This document shows, in pieces, positions 22,329 through 34,731 of a stretch of 64,000 nucleotides of DNA. Every line of letters starts with the position of its first letter. Position 1 is the stretch's first letter. The notes under the pieces were generated by a model. The model had not been told where the DNA came from, made no database searches, and saw nothing but the letters and a program-made list of their open reading frames with translations. Origin of the DNA: Flectonema sp. DT1601 (Eukaryota); NCBI GenBank assembly GCA_964019425.1, contig OZ025785.1:1488001-1552000 (forward strand). The letters are read 5' to 3'. The translations under genes were made by a program, and so were the position numbers.

Positions 22329-24752
22329 ATGAGTGGAATATTAAGGGAAATAGAATATGCCCCGGAGCCCGAACTAGAGCCGGGAATGTTATTGGAGTTA
22401 GATGAGAATTCCCAATTATCATCTACATGTGATGTTAAGATGGAGGGTCTGTGCTACCATGGGATACCTATGAGATCGTGTGCGAATTGTAGCATGGCAG
22501 CACCATCAACACTCGGTCCTTTTAGAAGTGGTCTTGGTAATGGTCAATTTAGTGAGATGTCGGCAGCAACGAGAATGGCGAGTAAGATTAATAAGATTCA
22601 TCCTGACTTACTTGGGGCTTGTCCTCCTGCAGAAGCACAAAGAAGAGCAGCGAAGATATTAAGAGAATTGGCACCACAACCAGCAAGAGGTTATGAGCAG
22701 CCTATTAGACCTTCTCAGATTGATGAATCAAGTGATGAGTCATCAGAAGAAGAAAGTGAAGATATTCAGCCAGCTGCTGTTATTAAATCTCCAGCTCCGC
22801 CTTTCATAGTTCCGACTTATCGTCAAAACCAAACCCCAGTTAGAATTCCTCGTCAAACACCTCCACAACAACGAACACCTGAAACTTATAATGCGCATAC
22901 TCAAATGACTCCAAATACAACAATTCGTTCATCTCAACCTGTTGTTACACCTGTCCAACAATCAGCACCTACTCCAATGCCACCAGTCGTTATTAAGCAA
23001 GAAGATCTTAATGATCGATCTGTTTTTAATGTACCTCAGATTATTCAAGTTCCTGTTCATATTCCAGTACCAGTTCCAACTTATACTCCGATGACATTAC
23101 CCCCAGCACCTCGTAAGTGTGGACATGCAGAACGAGTTGCCAAGAGACAGGAGGAGGCAAAGATTGATGCTAAAGTAGATTTTCAAAAAGACTTAATTGA
23201 ACAGGCAAAGAGAGAACGAAGACTTGCTGAACAGGCAGCACAACACGCGGCAGCACAACGGGAAGCTGCAGAAGCAGCACTTCAAGCTGCCTGCATTCAT
23301 TCTAATGATATGGCTCATGTATTACATGCTAAACAAGAAGAGATTATGGCCCTCGCTCACAGAGAGCGACACGTTAATGAGACTGCAGCACTGCAGGCAC
23401 TGAGTAGACAGGAATTCGCCTTATCACGAGTTGAGAATGACAGAGCTGTGGTGGCTGCAGCAGCAGTGTCGGCACAAGAAGACAGAAAGAGAGCTGAATC
23501 AGCAATGCAGCAGGCGGGTAATTTAGTGGACGTGGCAATGAAGTTATTGACCGCTGCGAATGGACTTCAAAATACCCAACGCCATCCACCACCTGTTGTT
23601 CCTCAACTAGCTCCTGTTCTTGCCCAACCAGAGCCGCCTATGCCACAGCCTACAGTGTATCCTGTTGCTGATTTGAAGTCACCTGCCCCTTCTACAGTCT
23701 CCGTTGGCGAACAGCAGCCGTTGAAGGCTGAGATTTCAAACAGCGGGTTTTCCATCGACACAGAGTCTGATGGTCCGTCTCCACCTGACGGCAGCGACTA
23801 CCAACACACTCATCACACGATTCCTTCTCAACGTCAGCCTTCTGATTTAAATATTTCAGCTCAGGCTTCTGCAGAGTCTCAGTTACCAATTATACCAACT
23901 GACCCGAGTAGAAGTGTATTCATGTCGAGTGTTGCTCCACTCGCACATGTTAGTGGAACTGTGACACCTACAAACTCTTCGTACAATTCAATACCTCCTC
24001 CCTACACTACTGTTGAATGTTTTAGAGGTTTACAACCCTCAGAGGTAATCGCATCAGTTATTAATGGACCACCTGGTGTGCCTTCGCAATCTTCTATATC
24101 ACATCAAAAGATAAGAAGTGGATTAAAGATGCCAGTGTTGAAGATGCCATCAGCACCAGGAACTACTGTCGGGTCTGACAGCTGCAGTTATTCAGTTCCA
24201 CCAATTGAAGTTGATGAGCCTCGTAGTGAAGATGTTTTGAGACATCAAATTATTGTTCAGGAGAAGTCTTTTATCTCAATGAGTACTTCACTTCCATCTC
24301 AAGTAGAAGCAGATTTCATACCTCGAGACATGGAGTCGTTTAGAGATGAATCACCACCTCCAATCCCAGCTCATATAACTGACTCACCTCCTATTAGTCC
24401 TGGTGCTGTTAATATTTCTAAGAAATCAAATCAACATGAAGCTCTGGTCTCGGCTCTTCAAAAGGCAGAAGATCAACGACTTGAAGCAATCCTCAGAGCG
24501 AAGGAACTTGAGAGACGAGCATCTCAGGCAGAAGAGAAGTTACGATCGATGGAAGTGAATAAAGAAAATATTGCAAGCAGTCCAAAGGCTGCGACTACCT
24601 CAACAGTTCCATCTGCTGTTGGTCAACACATGAGAGGAATCAGTCCGAGTCGTAAACCTGCAGCTCCAAAACAACAGCCAGTTGTTCAAAAAAAGTATTG
24701 GAAAGATTTTCTAACAGAATGGGATCGACAAGCCAACATGCACAATCCTTAA
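22329..24752 (+). CDS. Hypothetical 807-aa Pro/Gln/Ser-rich protein with coiled coils and a small N-terminal Cys/His cluster
   Basis: Long ORF downstream of a caaacag acceptor. CYHGIPMRSCANC motif; Ala/Glu/Gln heptads at about aa 270-410 and 705-745. Confidence 0.8.
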   Translation: MSGILREIEYAPEPELEPGMLLELDENSQLSSTCDVKMEGLCYHGIPMRSCANCSMAAPSTLGPFRSGLGNGQFSEMSAATRMASKINKIHPDLLGACPPAEAQRRAAKILRELAPQPARGYEQPIRPSQIDESSDESSEEESEDIQPAAVIKSPAPPFIVPTYRQNQTPVRIPRQTPPQQRTPETYNAHTQMTPNTTIRSSQPVVTPVQQSAPTPMPPVVIKQEDLNDRSVFNVPQIIQVPVHIPVPVPTYTPMTLPPAPRKCGHAERVAKRQEEAKIDAKVDFQKDLIEQAKRERRLAEQAAQHAAAQREAAEAALQAACIHSNDMAHVLHAKQEEIMALAHRERHVNETAALQALSRQEFALSRVENDRAVVAAAAVSAQEDRKRAESAMQQAGNLVDVAMKLLTAANGLQNTQRHPPPVVPQLAPVLAQPEPPMPQPTVYPVADLKSPAPSTVSVGEQQPLKAEISNSGFSIDTESDGPSPPDGSDYQHTHHTIPSQRQPSDLNISAQASAESQLPIIPTDPSRSVFMSSVAPLAHVSGTVTPTNSSYNSIPPPYTTVECFRGLQPSEVIASVINGPPGVPSQSSISHQKIRSGLKMPVLKMPSAPGTTVGSDSCSYSVPPIEVDEPRSEDVLRHQIIVQEKSFISMSTSLPSQVEADFIPRDMESFRDESPPPIPAHITDSPPISPGAVNISKKSNQHEALVSALQKAEDQRLEAILRAKELERRASQAEEKLRSMEVNKENIASSPKAATTSTVPSAVGQHMRGISPSRKPAAPKQQPVVQKKYWKDFLTEWDRQANMHNP

Positions 24753-26199
24753 AAAAAATATGTGAATTTTTCTAATTTTATTGAATTTGGGTTGTTCTTG
24801 ATTTTTTATTTTTATTTTTTACTCCTGTAGCCGCTGCTTTTCCTGCTTAATGATTTACTTCAGGTATTTCCATTAGCATAGTGAATATTAGCGAAGCTAT
24901 TTACTGTTTTTTTATTTTCCCTCCTATCACAAGAAGTTGTTTAGAGCTGTGGTGGTGTTCTGTTTCTTGTTGATCAGATTTGTTTACCATCACATGTCAT
25001 CACTCCATGCGAACTTTAATGTTTGCGCGCGACCGTATCATTCCTTCGTGAGAATAAAGGGTGTAGAAAAAAAACTTTTATTCATGTCTCTGAAAATAGA
25101 AAAAAAAAAAAAAAAAATTAGTTTTTTATAATAAATTATTATATGTGTGATGTTGTTGTTATTTATTTTAATTTTTTGATTTTAATTTTTTTTAAATTAA
25201 TTTAACCCAAAAATAAAAAAAACGGACCAATTCTTTTGCAGTTCATGTCGCTTCCTTGAGATCTCTCTCCTCTGGGCAGCCAGCACAAGTTGTTTGTGCG
25301 CTTCAGTGCTCACTTTGATTATAATAAGATGGTTGTTTCCATTCGTAGTGTAGGAGCCTGATAGTCAAGGACTAACTAACTGCGTGTATATATTATATTT
25401 TGTTAAGAACAAAAACCTGTTTTAGTATCGGTGTTGTTGCTTTTCTTCCTCAAAAAAAACTCCTGTTCTCCTTCCCCGCCCCAGATAAATCTTTTCGTAT
25501 CGTATCAAATTTCCCCTCCATCAATTTCCCCTCCTCACATCTTATTTAGAATTATTATGGAAACACATAATAAAATTTATTATTGTGCGTGAACTGTATT
25601 GTACTTTTTACTGTCGTCCTATGCTTAGTCACCCGCTGTACGATAAGTTACTGCGTTAAACCCCCTTGTCCCCTTAAGCTGGTATTTGTATTTTATTTTT
25701 AGTTTGTAACTTCCGAATAGCGTTATGTCCTCACAGTTGTGTATATAACTGTTACCCTGTTGAGCTTTTCCTGGATTTTTGGCTCCGACGACTTCGTAAA
25801 TACTTAAATAAAAATAAATAACGTAGTCATGCAATGGCATAAATAAAGTTTTCTTTTTTGTACCGATATGGCCCTTTTAGATTGAAAGCCAATATTTCTT
25901 AATACTCGTGACTTATTTCCCCGTGCGATAGGAATTTGTCTAACTGTGTTCAACGAAATAAAATGCTATCTGAATGGTTTTTTTTTATAATTTTTTTTTT
26001 GTTTATAATCTGCTTCTTACTATCAACGGTGGCGCAAGAGATGTAAAAAGAAAAAGCTAATATAAATGGAAAAAAAAAAAAAAAAAAAAAGAAAAGTTTC
26101 TCTTTTTTAGAATCCCTTCAGAAATGTTGTTTAATTTTTTTTCAAATGATCAAGACAATAAAAACTAATTACTTTTCAGGATTACATATCAGTTGTAGG

Positions 26200-27533
26200 A
26201 TGCGGCCGGGGGCATGGGTCGAAGTTTTCGAACTCGACCATGCAAAAGCAATATATAACGGAATGATTGGAGAGGTCATTGGATGTGAAGAAGGAGGTCT
26301 TGTAGTCGATCTGACGAGGACGGGAGAGAATGTAATATCATCGAAAAACTTAAAAATTTGTGAAACACAAAAATGTCCATCAGGACACGACATGAAACCA
26401 TCTGAGTACGCTCACGGTAATTATAAAGCAGGCTGGGCATGCGACAGCTGTAGAGCCTTGGGATCAGGAACCAGGTGGTATTGTTTTACTTGTCAACACG
26501 ACAGATGTCAGAACTGTACTCCTCCTGCCGCTTCAACTGGTGATGATATTCTATTAGCTAGCGAGACAACTTCAATGTCAAAAGAAGAAGAACTCGACGA
26601 CTTACGAGAGCAAAACAAAGAATTAATGCGTCTGATGAATAAAATGAGAACAAAACTAGAGCAGCAACGTGATGACATTACAGAATACACAGCTCGTGTA
26701 ACCAACCTAACTGAGGAAAATCAAATCCTTCAGGAAAACAAAAAGAAACAAGCAGAAGCCCTTCGCCGTGCCGAGTCCCACGTTAATGAACAATCGAGTC
26801 AGTCGAATGGCCACAGCTACCCGCCCAGCAGTAGCAGGAAGAAGCCTGAAGGAGCACTTCCCCGAAATAATAAAATGAAAAGTGTCATCGTTTCTTTAAC
26901 TGAACTAGAAGACGAGATTGCTACAATGCGTGATGATGAGTTCCTGGGAGTGGCAATGAGAAAGTCAGGAGGGATACAAAACAGTGCGAGAATATTTGAA
27001 ACAAAGTTGGTTACTGTAGCAACCATTGCAAGGTCAGCCCGTAGAGATATCGAACTGCTGTCTTCAACAACTGTTGGCAGTACTCGTACAGGTCGTGGAT
27101 ATACACGAACATATGAACGTGATACTTCTGCTTCTCGATCTCTTTCCTCCTCTTCAACTCGCTTATCGGACAACGCATCTCGCCGAGCCTCTTCTCGTGG
27201 AAGCAGTCCTTCTACACTGCGCTCTATCGCCGATAAGAACTACCTCAACAGCAGAAATCGTTCCCCTGTATCCGTCTCTTCTCGTGGTGGAACTCGCAGG
27301 GCAGACCTGCGAAGTAACTCGAACGGCAGTCGGGTATGTTAACTGTTTTTTTTCAGTTTTTTTTTTTTAGAAACTTTTTTGATTCTCACGAACAACAACA
27401 ATTCCAACAGAAGGGTCGCGACACGTCCATCCCATCGAGAGCTTCTGAAATTGGAAGGGAACCAATCTCAAAACCGAAGAAAGGAATTCCAATCAGCTAC
27501 AATTCAACAGCTAATAGAAAGAGATGGGGTTAG
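26200..27533 (+). CDS. SH3/KOW-like + Cys/His zinc finger + coiled-coil + Ser/Arg-tail protein; exons 26200-27333, 27411-27533
   Basis: MRPGAWVEV...YNGMIGEVIG, then CPSGH...WACDSC...WYCFTCQHDRCQNC, then a coiled coil. Intron 27334-27410 (GTATGT..CCAACAG) joins in frame to KGRDTS...KRWG*. Confidence 0.75.
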
Positions 27534-27730
27534 TTGAAGTCATCGTGTGTAGGTCTTAAAAAATATATTCCTCGTTGAGGTGCACTCTACTAATACGAAT
27601 GAGACGTTTATAACGTCCTATCTGGTTGCCTACTTCTAATTATTGTTAACACTATATGCTCTTAAGATTCATATCTTACAGAGTTGTAACTTATTAGACG
27701 CTTTAGACACTGTGACGCTGTTCGGTACTG

Positions 27731-27762
<32 letters not shown>

Positions 27763-28860
27763 AAAAAATATATTTTTAGGGCGATGCGGAGCCTCAAATC
27801 CGATCTCCGGATGAGGCTTTTTTTTTCTCTTTTCTTTTTTTTTTTTTCTTCAAAAAAAAAAAATTTGTTCTTCAATTGTTCTTAAAATCCACTTTGTTAA
27901 ACAAAATCCCAAAAAAAACCCGAGTTGTATATTTTCCTTTCTTAACTTCGACTGTTATTTACTGATAGAGCTCTCTAAACCTGTCCCGTGATGAAGTCAG
28001 ATTCTTATCCCAAGACTCTCACTTCTATTCTCGAGGATGTACCTTTGTGAAGGTATTGAAGTTACTTGCTTTCTTCTCAGTTACTTTCTTTGCGTGTTTT
28101 CCGACAAAGAAACTAAACTGTCGAATGCGGTTGAAGTGTACGTTACTTCATGACTCACAAGAGAGTGGAGTCTGATATATGACGCACTGCATCAGAAATG
28201 AGAGAATTTAGTTGTGAAAAAAGTTGTTCGACTTTCAGCAATGCAATTAAATTCTGATGTGTTATGTAGTGTGTCAGAGTATGTTTTTTATTTTGTTGGT
28301 TTTATTAGGTACTTCGTAAGTTCAATTCTTTTTTTTTTTTTTTTTTTTTTTTTCGAACAAACGAATCTGTTTTATGGCACTGAGAATGGGGTTGGGATCC
28401 TGTTCGGTAAGAAGTTATTTCTTTAAGACTTCGTATCGTTTCAAGTGGGAAACCCAAAATCGCGTAATGATGAAGACTGCTGATCTGTTGGCAATGTGTA
28501 GTGCCGTTGATAGACAGAGCAAGAAAAAAAAATAATCTATTACGCGCGTTCTATTTTTTTCTTTCTTTCGCTGTTCCGACAAACTGATTTTTGTAGTCAT
28601 GAATGGTGAAATTGGATAAAAACGACGCATTCACTTCACGTCCACTTTCAGATTGACATTTAATGGTGAAAGCTTTCTTTTTTTGACAAGCAGCTTTGCA
28701 CAGTTGTTACAGTTTTCATAGATGTTCGCCTTTTTTTTTTTGATTTCCCTTTTTTTTTTTTTTTGGTTCTCCTTTTTTCAAAAAAAAAAAAAAAACATCC
28801 ACATTCCTTATTTTTTTTTTTTTCAAAGAAACGAGTACTATTAAGGACAGAAAGAAAACG

Positions 28861-28892
<32 letters not shown>

Positions 28893-29069
28893 TACGGCAG
28901 CAGCTTAACTTAATGTGATAACTTCGATACACTGAAAATAACGAAGGTCCAAGAGTTTTATTATTCTTTTTATCTAAACAGTTACCATAGAGAAATTGTG
29001 GAGCACGAAAGTAGCTTATTCTTCGATACAGTTATTCGCTCTATTCACTTAACCCAGCACCCTTAAGAA

Positions 29070-30740
29070 ATGAACACGAATAGTTTAGCCTTGCTCGGTA
29101 GCTTGGCTGTCGGAGTCGGTGCGACTGATATCTGCGCAAAGCAAGCCTTGTTTCCTGGATACACTACTCCACCAACTGGAGGACATTGTGATGTTTTAGT
29201 ATTAGGTGCTGGATTAGGAGGTCTGTCGACTGCTACCAGAGTTGCAGAGGAGACCAATCTCCAGGTTTGTGTTTTTGAAGCTAACAATCGAGTTGGTGGA
29301 AGAACTTTCGACTACCTGGCAACCGGATGCGATGGTGTGGAGCAGTACGTGGAATTAGGAGCTCAGTGGATCGCACAGCGTTCAGTCGACAAGGCCGTTT
29401 GGGATCTCGCTTTCCGCAAACTCCACCTTGGTATCCACAATGGGGACCCTTGGGGTATGTATGGATTGACATTAAAAGATTTTCCTTTCTTAGAAAACTT
29501 TCCTGTCGATGGTGAAGACCCGGCAACAACCTTCTTCGGACCGGATGCATCAGAATGGTCAAACATGACCAACGCTGAGTGCATCAGGAGAGTTGCGGAA
29601 ACTTACAATGACATTGACCAGGACGCTCTTTGGAAAACTCCAAACGCACATTACATCGATAGCTTCACTCCACTTCAGTGGATGAAGGAAATGGGATGTA
29701 ACATAACTTGGGATGACGTAAAGAGACAGGGATTCACTTCAAATGGTAAATCAATTGCTCCAACTGATTCGAAAAACTACTTCCCTCCAAATTTCTATGT
29801 CAGTATGACTACTGCCGGTTCCAGTGGACAAGAAATCTTCCAGCGCTCATCTGCATTGTGGTGGCTGCACAACATTAAGTCAAACAACGGTACCATGTCT
29901 ATGACTTACAACGCTCAGTTGTATCGAATTGTTGGTGGACCACAGCAGATGAGTCTCTCGTTGTACCAAGACTTGTTGCTGAAGAACAATGTTCGTGTTT
30001 TTATGAATTCTCCTGTGACGGAAGTTAACTTGTTAGGAAGCAGCACTCAATTTCGTGTTAACGGCACCCTTTGGGAAGCAAAATACGCGGCTGTTACTGG
30101 AACTCCAGTTGCCTTGAGTACCAACATCAAGTGGAGTGGTTCTAATGTTGCAAGGAAGATGTTGAAAGAGTCTTTCATTGGAAACTACAACAAGAATTAT
30201 GCTTTCTTCAACGAGGGTCCTTTTTGGGATCACGACAAGCAGGCTTATGATGACATCATGAACACTGAAATTGAGTGGCCGATGGTCTACTACAACCCAA
30301 CTGATGGACAGCAGGACATGAACGGAACTGAGTTCGTTAAAACTCCCCCAACTATCAACAGCCCTGCACGTCAGAGACCTAACAGTCGCCCAACTTGCTC
30401 GCAGGTAGGAGCTCTGATGTCATTTGGATGGCCAAATCCAAAGGGGCAAACTGGACCGGAGCGTGCTCAGGGGTGGTACGATGTCTTGCCTAAGAGTATC
30501 TCAAAGCGTATTAGTTCTGTTCACGGACAAGCATGGGCTGATGAGAAGTACATTATGGGTGCCTACGCTGCATGGTGGGTTCCAGGAGCTATTAGCACTG
30601 CTGGAGAAAGCTGGAACAAAGTTGGAAACACTCTCTTTTGTGGAACTGAATGGAGTCCAATCGGTGCTGGATTCATGAACGGAGCTATCCACAGAGGTCA
30701 ACTATGTGGTGATTACATCATTAAGGATTCACAGAACTGA
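29070..30740 (+). CDS. Flavin-containing amine oxidase (MAO/LAAO family) with a predicted signal peptide
   Basis: DVLVLGAGLGGLS (GxGxxG), FEANNRVGGR, ELGAQWI, RIVGG, FCGTE...GFMNGAIHRG. Hydrophobic N-terminus MNTNSLALLGSLAVGVGA. Confidence 0.93.
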   Translation: MNTNSLALLGSLAVGVGATDICAKQALFPGYTTPPTGGHCDVLVLGAGLGGLSTATRVAEETNLQVCVFEANNRVGGRTFDYLATGCDGVEQYVELGAQWIAQRSVDKAVWDLAFRKLHLGIHNGDPWGMYGLTLKDFPFLENFPVDGEDPATTFFGPDASEWSNMTNAECIRRVAETYNDIDQDALWKTPNAHYIDSFTPLQWMKEMGCNITWDDVKRQGFTSNGKSIAPTDSKNYFPPNFYVSMTTAGSSGQEIFQRSSALWWLHNIKSNNGTMSMTYNAQLYRIVGGPQQMSLSLYQDLLLKNNVRVFMNSPVTEVNLLGSSTQFRVNGTLWEAKYAAVTGTPVALSTNIKWSGSNVARKMLKESFIGNYNKNYAFFNEGPFWDHDKQAYDDIMNTEIEWPMVYYNPTDGQQDMNGTEFVKTPPTINSPARQRPNSRPTCSQVGALMSFGWPNPKGQTGPERAQGWYDVLPKSISKRISSVHGQAWADEKYIMGAYAAWWVPGAISTAGESWNKVGNTLFCGTEWSPIGAGFMNGAIHRGQLCGDYIIKDSQN

Positions 30741-32293
30741 AGTTGATCTTGCGTACCTCATATTTTTTTTTTTTATTTCCAATTGGCAGCGGGGGAACTG
30801 CTGTCAACGTTTTTTCTTTTTTTCTTTTTTCAACCGATCGAAAAAGAAATTTAAGAAAAAAAAAAAGAAGAAAAAGCGTTTTTTTTTTTTTTACTGCTTT
30901 CCTCTCGCGGGAAGTCATCTCCATCATCCCAGCTATCTGACAACATCCGAGAAAACGTATTGCCATTGCGTTTAGTATTTCTCTTGAAGTCGATCCCTTG
31001 GATTCACTACACCTGTTGCGTTGTGTAGGAGAACACAACAGTTAGTCGGCTTTAATTATTATGTTTTGATCCTTTTTCTTTTATAGCAAAAATAGAGACA
31101 TAAAAAATCGAATAACGAGCGGTGTTTACCTCCTGTGTTCTATGTGACTAGTGTTCGAAACCTCCCCGCCCCAGGAAAAATATTATTTTTTTTCTCGTAA
31201 GCCTGCTCACTAATACAGTACTCTGTTAGTGAACAAACGAACATAAATTTTGTGAAATTATTTTTTATAGTGTTCTAGAAAAAAAGACGGAAAAAAAAAG
31301 GAAAAAAAACTTTTTTTTTTTTTTTTCTTTTTTTTTTTCTAAGCTGTTCGAGCTCCCCTCTCCAGGGTCGATGCTGTTTTTTTTCTATTTTTTTTAACAA
31401 AATAGGGGCCACTTGAAGTTGACTTTGTTCTGCCAACCCGCTTGAACAATTCTCCCAATAGAAATGATATTCACACCAGAGAATTTGACAAAATACCTAC
31501 CAGTTGGATCAACCAGCAAAACACGTGGATTTCACTCTTTTTTTGACATAAGTTTTTGTCCCAAAAAAAGGAGAGAGGTACTTGGCCCCCGATTCTACAT
31601 ATATTTTGTTCTTTTCCTCCCAACAACCTTCTGCACAGGGGGATAATTAGATGTTAGTAGTCAAATTTTGATTACAAACTAATTTTTGAAATTTTTTTTT
31701 TTAATTTTGTTGGGTAGTCTCATGCGATTGAAGAGATCAAAATGCTGACCGTCAGGTACGATGACATTCTGCGTTGATTGGCGGCCTCTCTTTATAACTC
31801 TTCTCTTTTCTCATGTTATTTCAATACTTAAAACAAAAGAGAAGAACTTCTGAACCAACTCTATTTGCTATCCTTGTGGACAATTCGACAATATGTGATT
31901 AGTCTTTCAGACTGACCAGTGTGATTTGTAAATGAAGAAAAAAAAACAGCTAATTTAGAGTTGGCTGATGTCCACAAGTAAAAGCAATACCAAAAAAAAA
32001 AAAAACTTCTCTCTAATTACTATCAAAAAGTTTTTTCGTTCATCTCTGTGCTTTCCTCTGTTATTATTTCAATTTTGAACATCATCTAACAAATTAGTAT
32101 TTAACCATAATATCAATATAATATTATAATACAAGTTTGTTAGTAGATCCAAGCTGTGGCTGTTTTTAGTAAAGTTGGGTAATTACAGGTTCGTTACCTT
32201 AATTGTGTTTTCTTTACTTTCTAACAGAACGAAAGATAAGTAGTGATATCAGATTCGTTTGTTTTATAATAATTTACAGAACACAGACGCAAC

Positions 32294-33913
32294 ATGAAAA
32301 CGATGAAAGCATTCGCTTTCCTGATGGCTGTTGCAACAGCTACATGCAAGCCAATCGTAGATACGAAGTACGGTAAGGTTCAGGGAAAGATTGATCCTGC
32401 TACAGGAACTGAGTACTTTTGGGGAATCCCATTCGCTAAGCCTCCAGTTGACAATCTTCGATTCGCTCCACCAGTTGAACCTGACAACTACACACACACT
32501 ATTAGAACAACTGATTTAAAGCCAGCTGAATGCGCTCAAATGCACATCGAAAAGGGAATCATCATGGGAAGGGAAGATTGTTTAACCCTCGACGTGTACC
32601 GTCCTTCAAATGCGACAAATCTTCCTGTGATGGTCTGGATATACGGAGGAGGTTATGTTGTGGGTTCAGACAGTCCTACTTCCTACAATGGTAAGTACTT
32701 GGCACAGAACAGAAACACAATTGTCGTAGCAATGAACTACCGCGTGAACAACATCGGATTTCTTGCCTTAGATGCTTTAATGAAGGAACATGGAACAACT
32801 GGTAACTACGGACTACTTGATCAACAGATGGCTATGAAGTGGGTTCATGAGAACATCGCTCAATTTGGTGGTGACAACAAGAGAGTAATGATCTTCGGAC
32901 AATCAGCTGGAGGTTGCTCAATTGTCGCTCAGTTAGCGATGCCATCATCGAAGCCATACTTTCAGGCAGCAGTTGCTGAGAGTCCTCTCCCAGTATCGGA
33001 TATTACTTGGGTTTCATACAAGAACGCAACACACTTTGGAGAGGTTTACGCTTCTTCAGTAAATTGCTCACACGGACTTAACCAATTGAAGTGCCTCAGA
33101 TCCCTTCCTTTAAAGACTCTAATGAACAAACTGTTAGAATGGCGTCACAATCTACCAAAAGATGATCAACAAGGACTTCCTAGATTAATGCCAATCATGT
33201 CATGGTGGCCAACTATTGATGGAACAACACTACCAAAGACTCCTATCGATGCAGCGAGAGATGGAACACTAAATGACGTCCCAACTATTATGGGAACTGT
33301 TCATGATGAAGGAACTATCTTTGTTCCTGGAGCACCATTTGTAATTAATGGAGGAAAGATTCCAGTAGTCTACCCACTTTCATGGGATGGTCTCACCCGA
33401 ACTCTGTTACACTTCTTTAACTCGAGTGCCGTTACTAAGATTGAAGACTTCTACGGAAGGGAACAGTCGCCAACTGATACGGCGAATGTTATCCTTCGCG
33501 ACTTTATATTTACTTGTCCAGTTAGACATTTGTTGCGTACGATGAATAGCAACTCACAGAGAAAGAATAAAATGTGGACCTATCAGTTTGATGCAACTCT
33601 AAACTCTCCGGAATACCACACATTTGGTGACTACCACGCATCAGAGATCCCTTACGTGTTTGAAGAACCTAATCAATACTGGAATGAGACTGATCATAAG
33701 TTAGCGAAGGTATTGTCAGGATACTGGAGTTCTATGGCTTCAAAGGGTTTCCCAGAATGTGAAGGATGCGCTCAGTGGTCTGATTACAAGGCTGACTTGT
33801 CATCCCAATCAGATTCTTACATGAAGCTTGCTACACCAAACACTATGCAACCTGACCTGTTGGATAAATATTGTAACTTCTGGGACTACATCGGCTACTA
33901 CAATAACCCATAA
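32294..33913 (+). CDS. Secreted type-B carboxylesterase/lipase (COesterase family)
   Basis: Signal peptide, GIPFAKPP..LRFAPP, EDCLTLDVY, WIYGGGY, GQSAGG nucleophile elbow, HDEG (Glu) and DYHASEI (His). Confidence 0.96.
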   Translation: MKTMKAFAFLMAVATATCKPIVDTKYGKVQGKIDPATGTEYFWGIPFAKPPVDNLRFAPPVEPDNYTHTIRTTDLKPAECAQMHIEKGIIMGREDCLTLDVYRPSNATNLPVMVWIYGGGYVVGSDSPTSYNGKYLAQNRNTIVVAMNYRVNNIGFLALDALMKEHGTTGNYGLLDQQMAMKWVHENIAQFGGDNKRVMIFGQSAGGCSIVAQLAMPSSKPYFQAAVAESPLPVSDITWVSYKNATHFGEVYASSVNCSHGLNQLKCLRSLPLKTLMNKLLEWRHNLPKDDQQGLPRLMPIMSWWPTIDGTTLPKTPIDAARDGTLNDVPTIMGTVHDEGTIFVPGAPFVINGGKIPVVYPLSWDGLTRTLLHFFNSSAVTKIEDFYGREQSPTDTANVILRDFIFTCPVRHLLRTMNSNSQRKNKMWTYQFDATLNSPEYHTFGDYHASEIPYVFEEPNQYWNETDHKLAKVLSGYWSSMASKGFPECEGCAQWSDYKADLSSQSDSYMKLATPNTMQPDLLDKYCNFWDYIGYYNNP

Positions 33914-34731
33914 GTGGAGGAAAAAAAATAACACTTTTTTTTTTTTTTTTTTTTGTGTGTTTTTACTAACATTTAAACAACTTGATGGTAGCCTTGAGTG
34001 GACTGTTTCTTTCCTGTGGCCTACTAAAGGCCTTTTTTTTTTTTTTTTTTTTCTCGTTTGTTTGTGTTTTTGTGCACTAAATTTGAAAGGAACCTTTGAT
34101 GGCTGTATCAAATGATTAAGCCTGATTGTCTCTTGTTTTTTTTTTTTGTTTTTTGTTTGTTTTTAAAAAAAGTTTTTTGCAATGCTCAAAAACAGTTCGA
34201 TTTCTTAGTTGATGTCATTGTTGAGGACAACTTAACGTTAGCGTACGCGATATAAACTAATTTGATAATAAGGAAAAAAAAAAAAAAAGGCGGGGGAAAA
34301 AATGGCGGCTTGTATTGTTCTTGTAAAAAGAACTTTTTATCTTAGAGCCTATTTTTTTTTTTTCCTCTCGAGTGTTGTGAGTTTTTACCCTCTCGTCCTT
34401 ACAGTAAGTGACTGCCTAACAAGGTAACCTAAATACTTTGACAGGTTAAGAATGTGGAATGAGATTTCTGTTATTGTCGTTGGATTCTATCCTCACTTCA
34501 AATCAAATGTGTTTTTATTCGTGTTTTTGAATTTTTTGTTCCACTTTTTGCCTGTTGCGTTTTTCTTTTCCATTTCTTAAAAAAAAAACAAAAAATACTC
34601 TTTTTTTTTTGCCGTTCCTCTGAGCGTGCCGTACGATGTTTTCCTTTGACGGGAGTTATTTTTCTATATTTGTGCGTTATTACTTTTTTTTTAGGGGAAC
34701 ACAGCGAGACTAATCGACTGCATAGCAGAAA

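Noticed and set aside
25473..31174. Shared 12-mer TCCCCGCCCCAG in two spacers (near 25473 and 31163)
   Set aside because: Only two short occurrences with weak flanking similarity, which is not enough to call a regulatory motif or an element.
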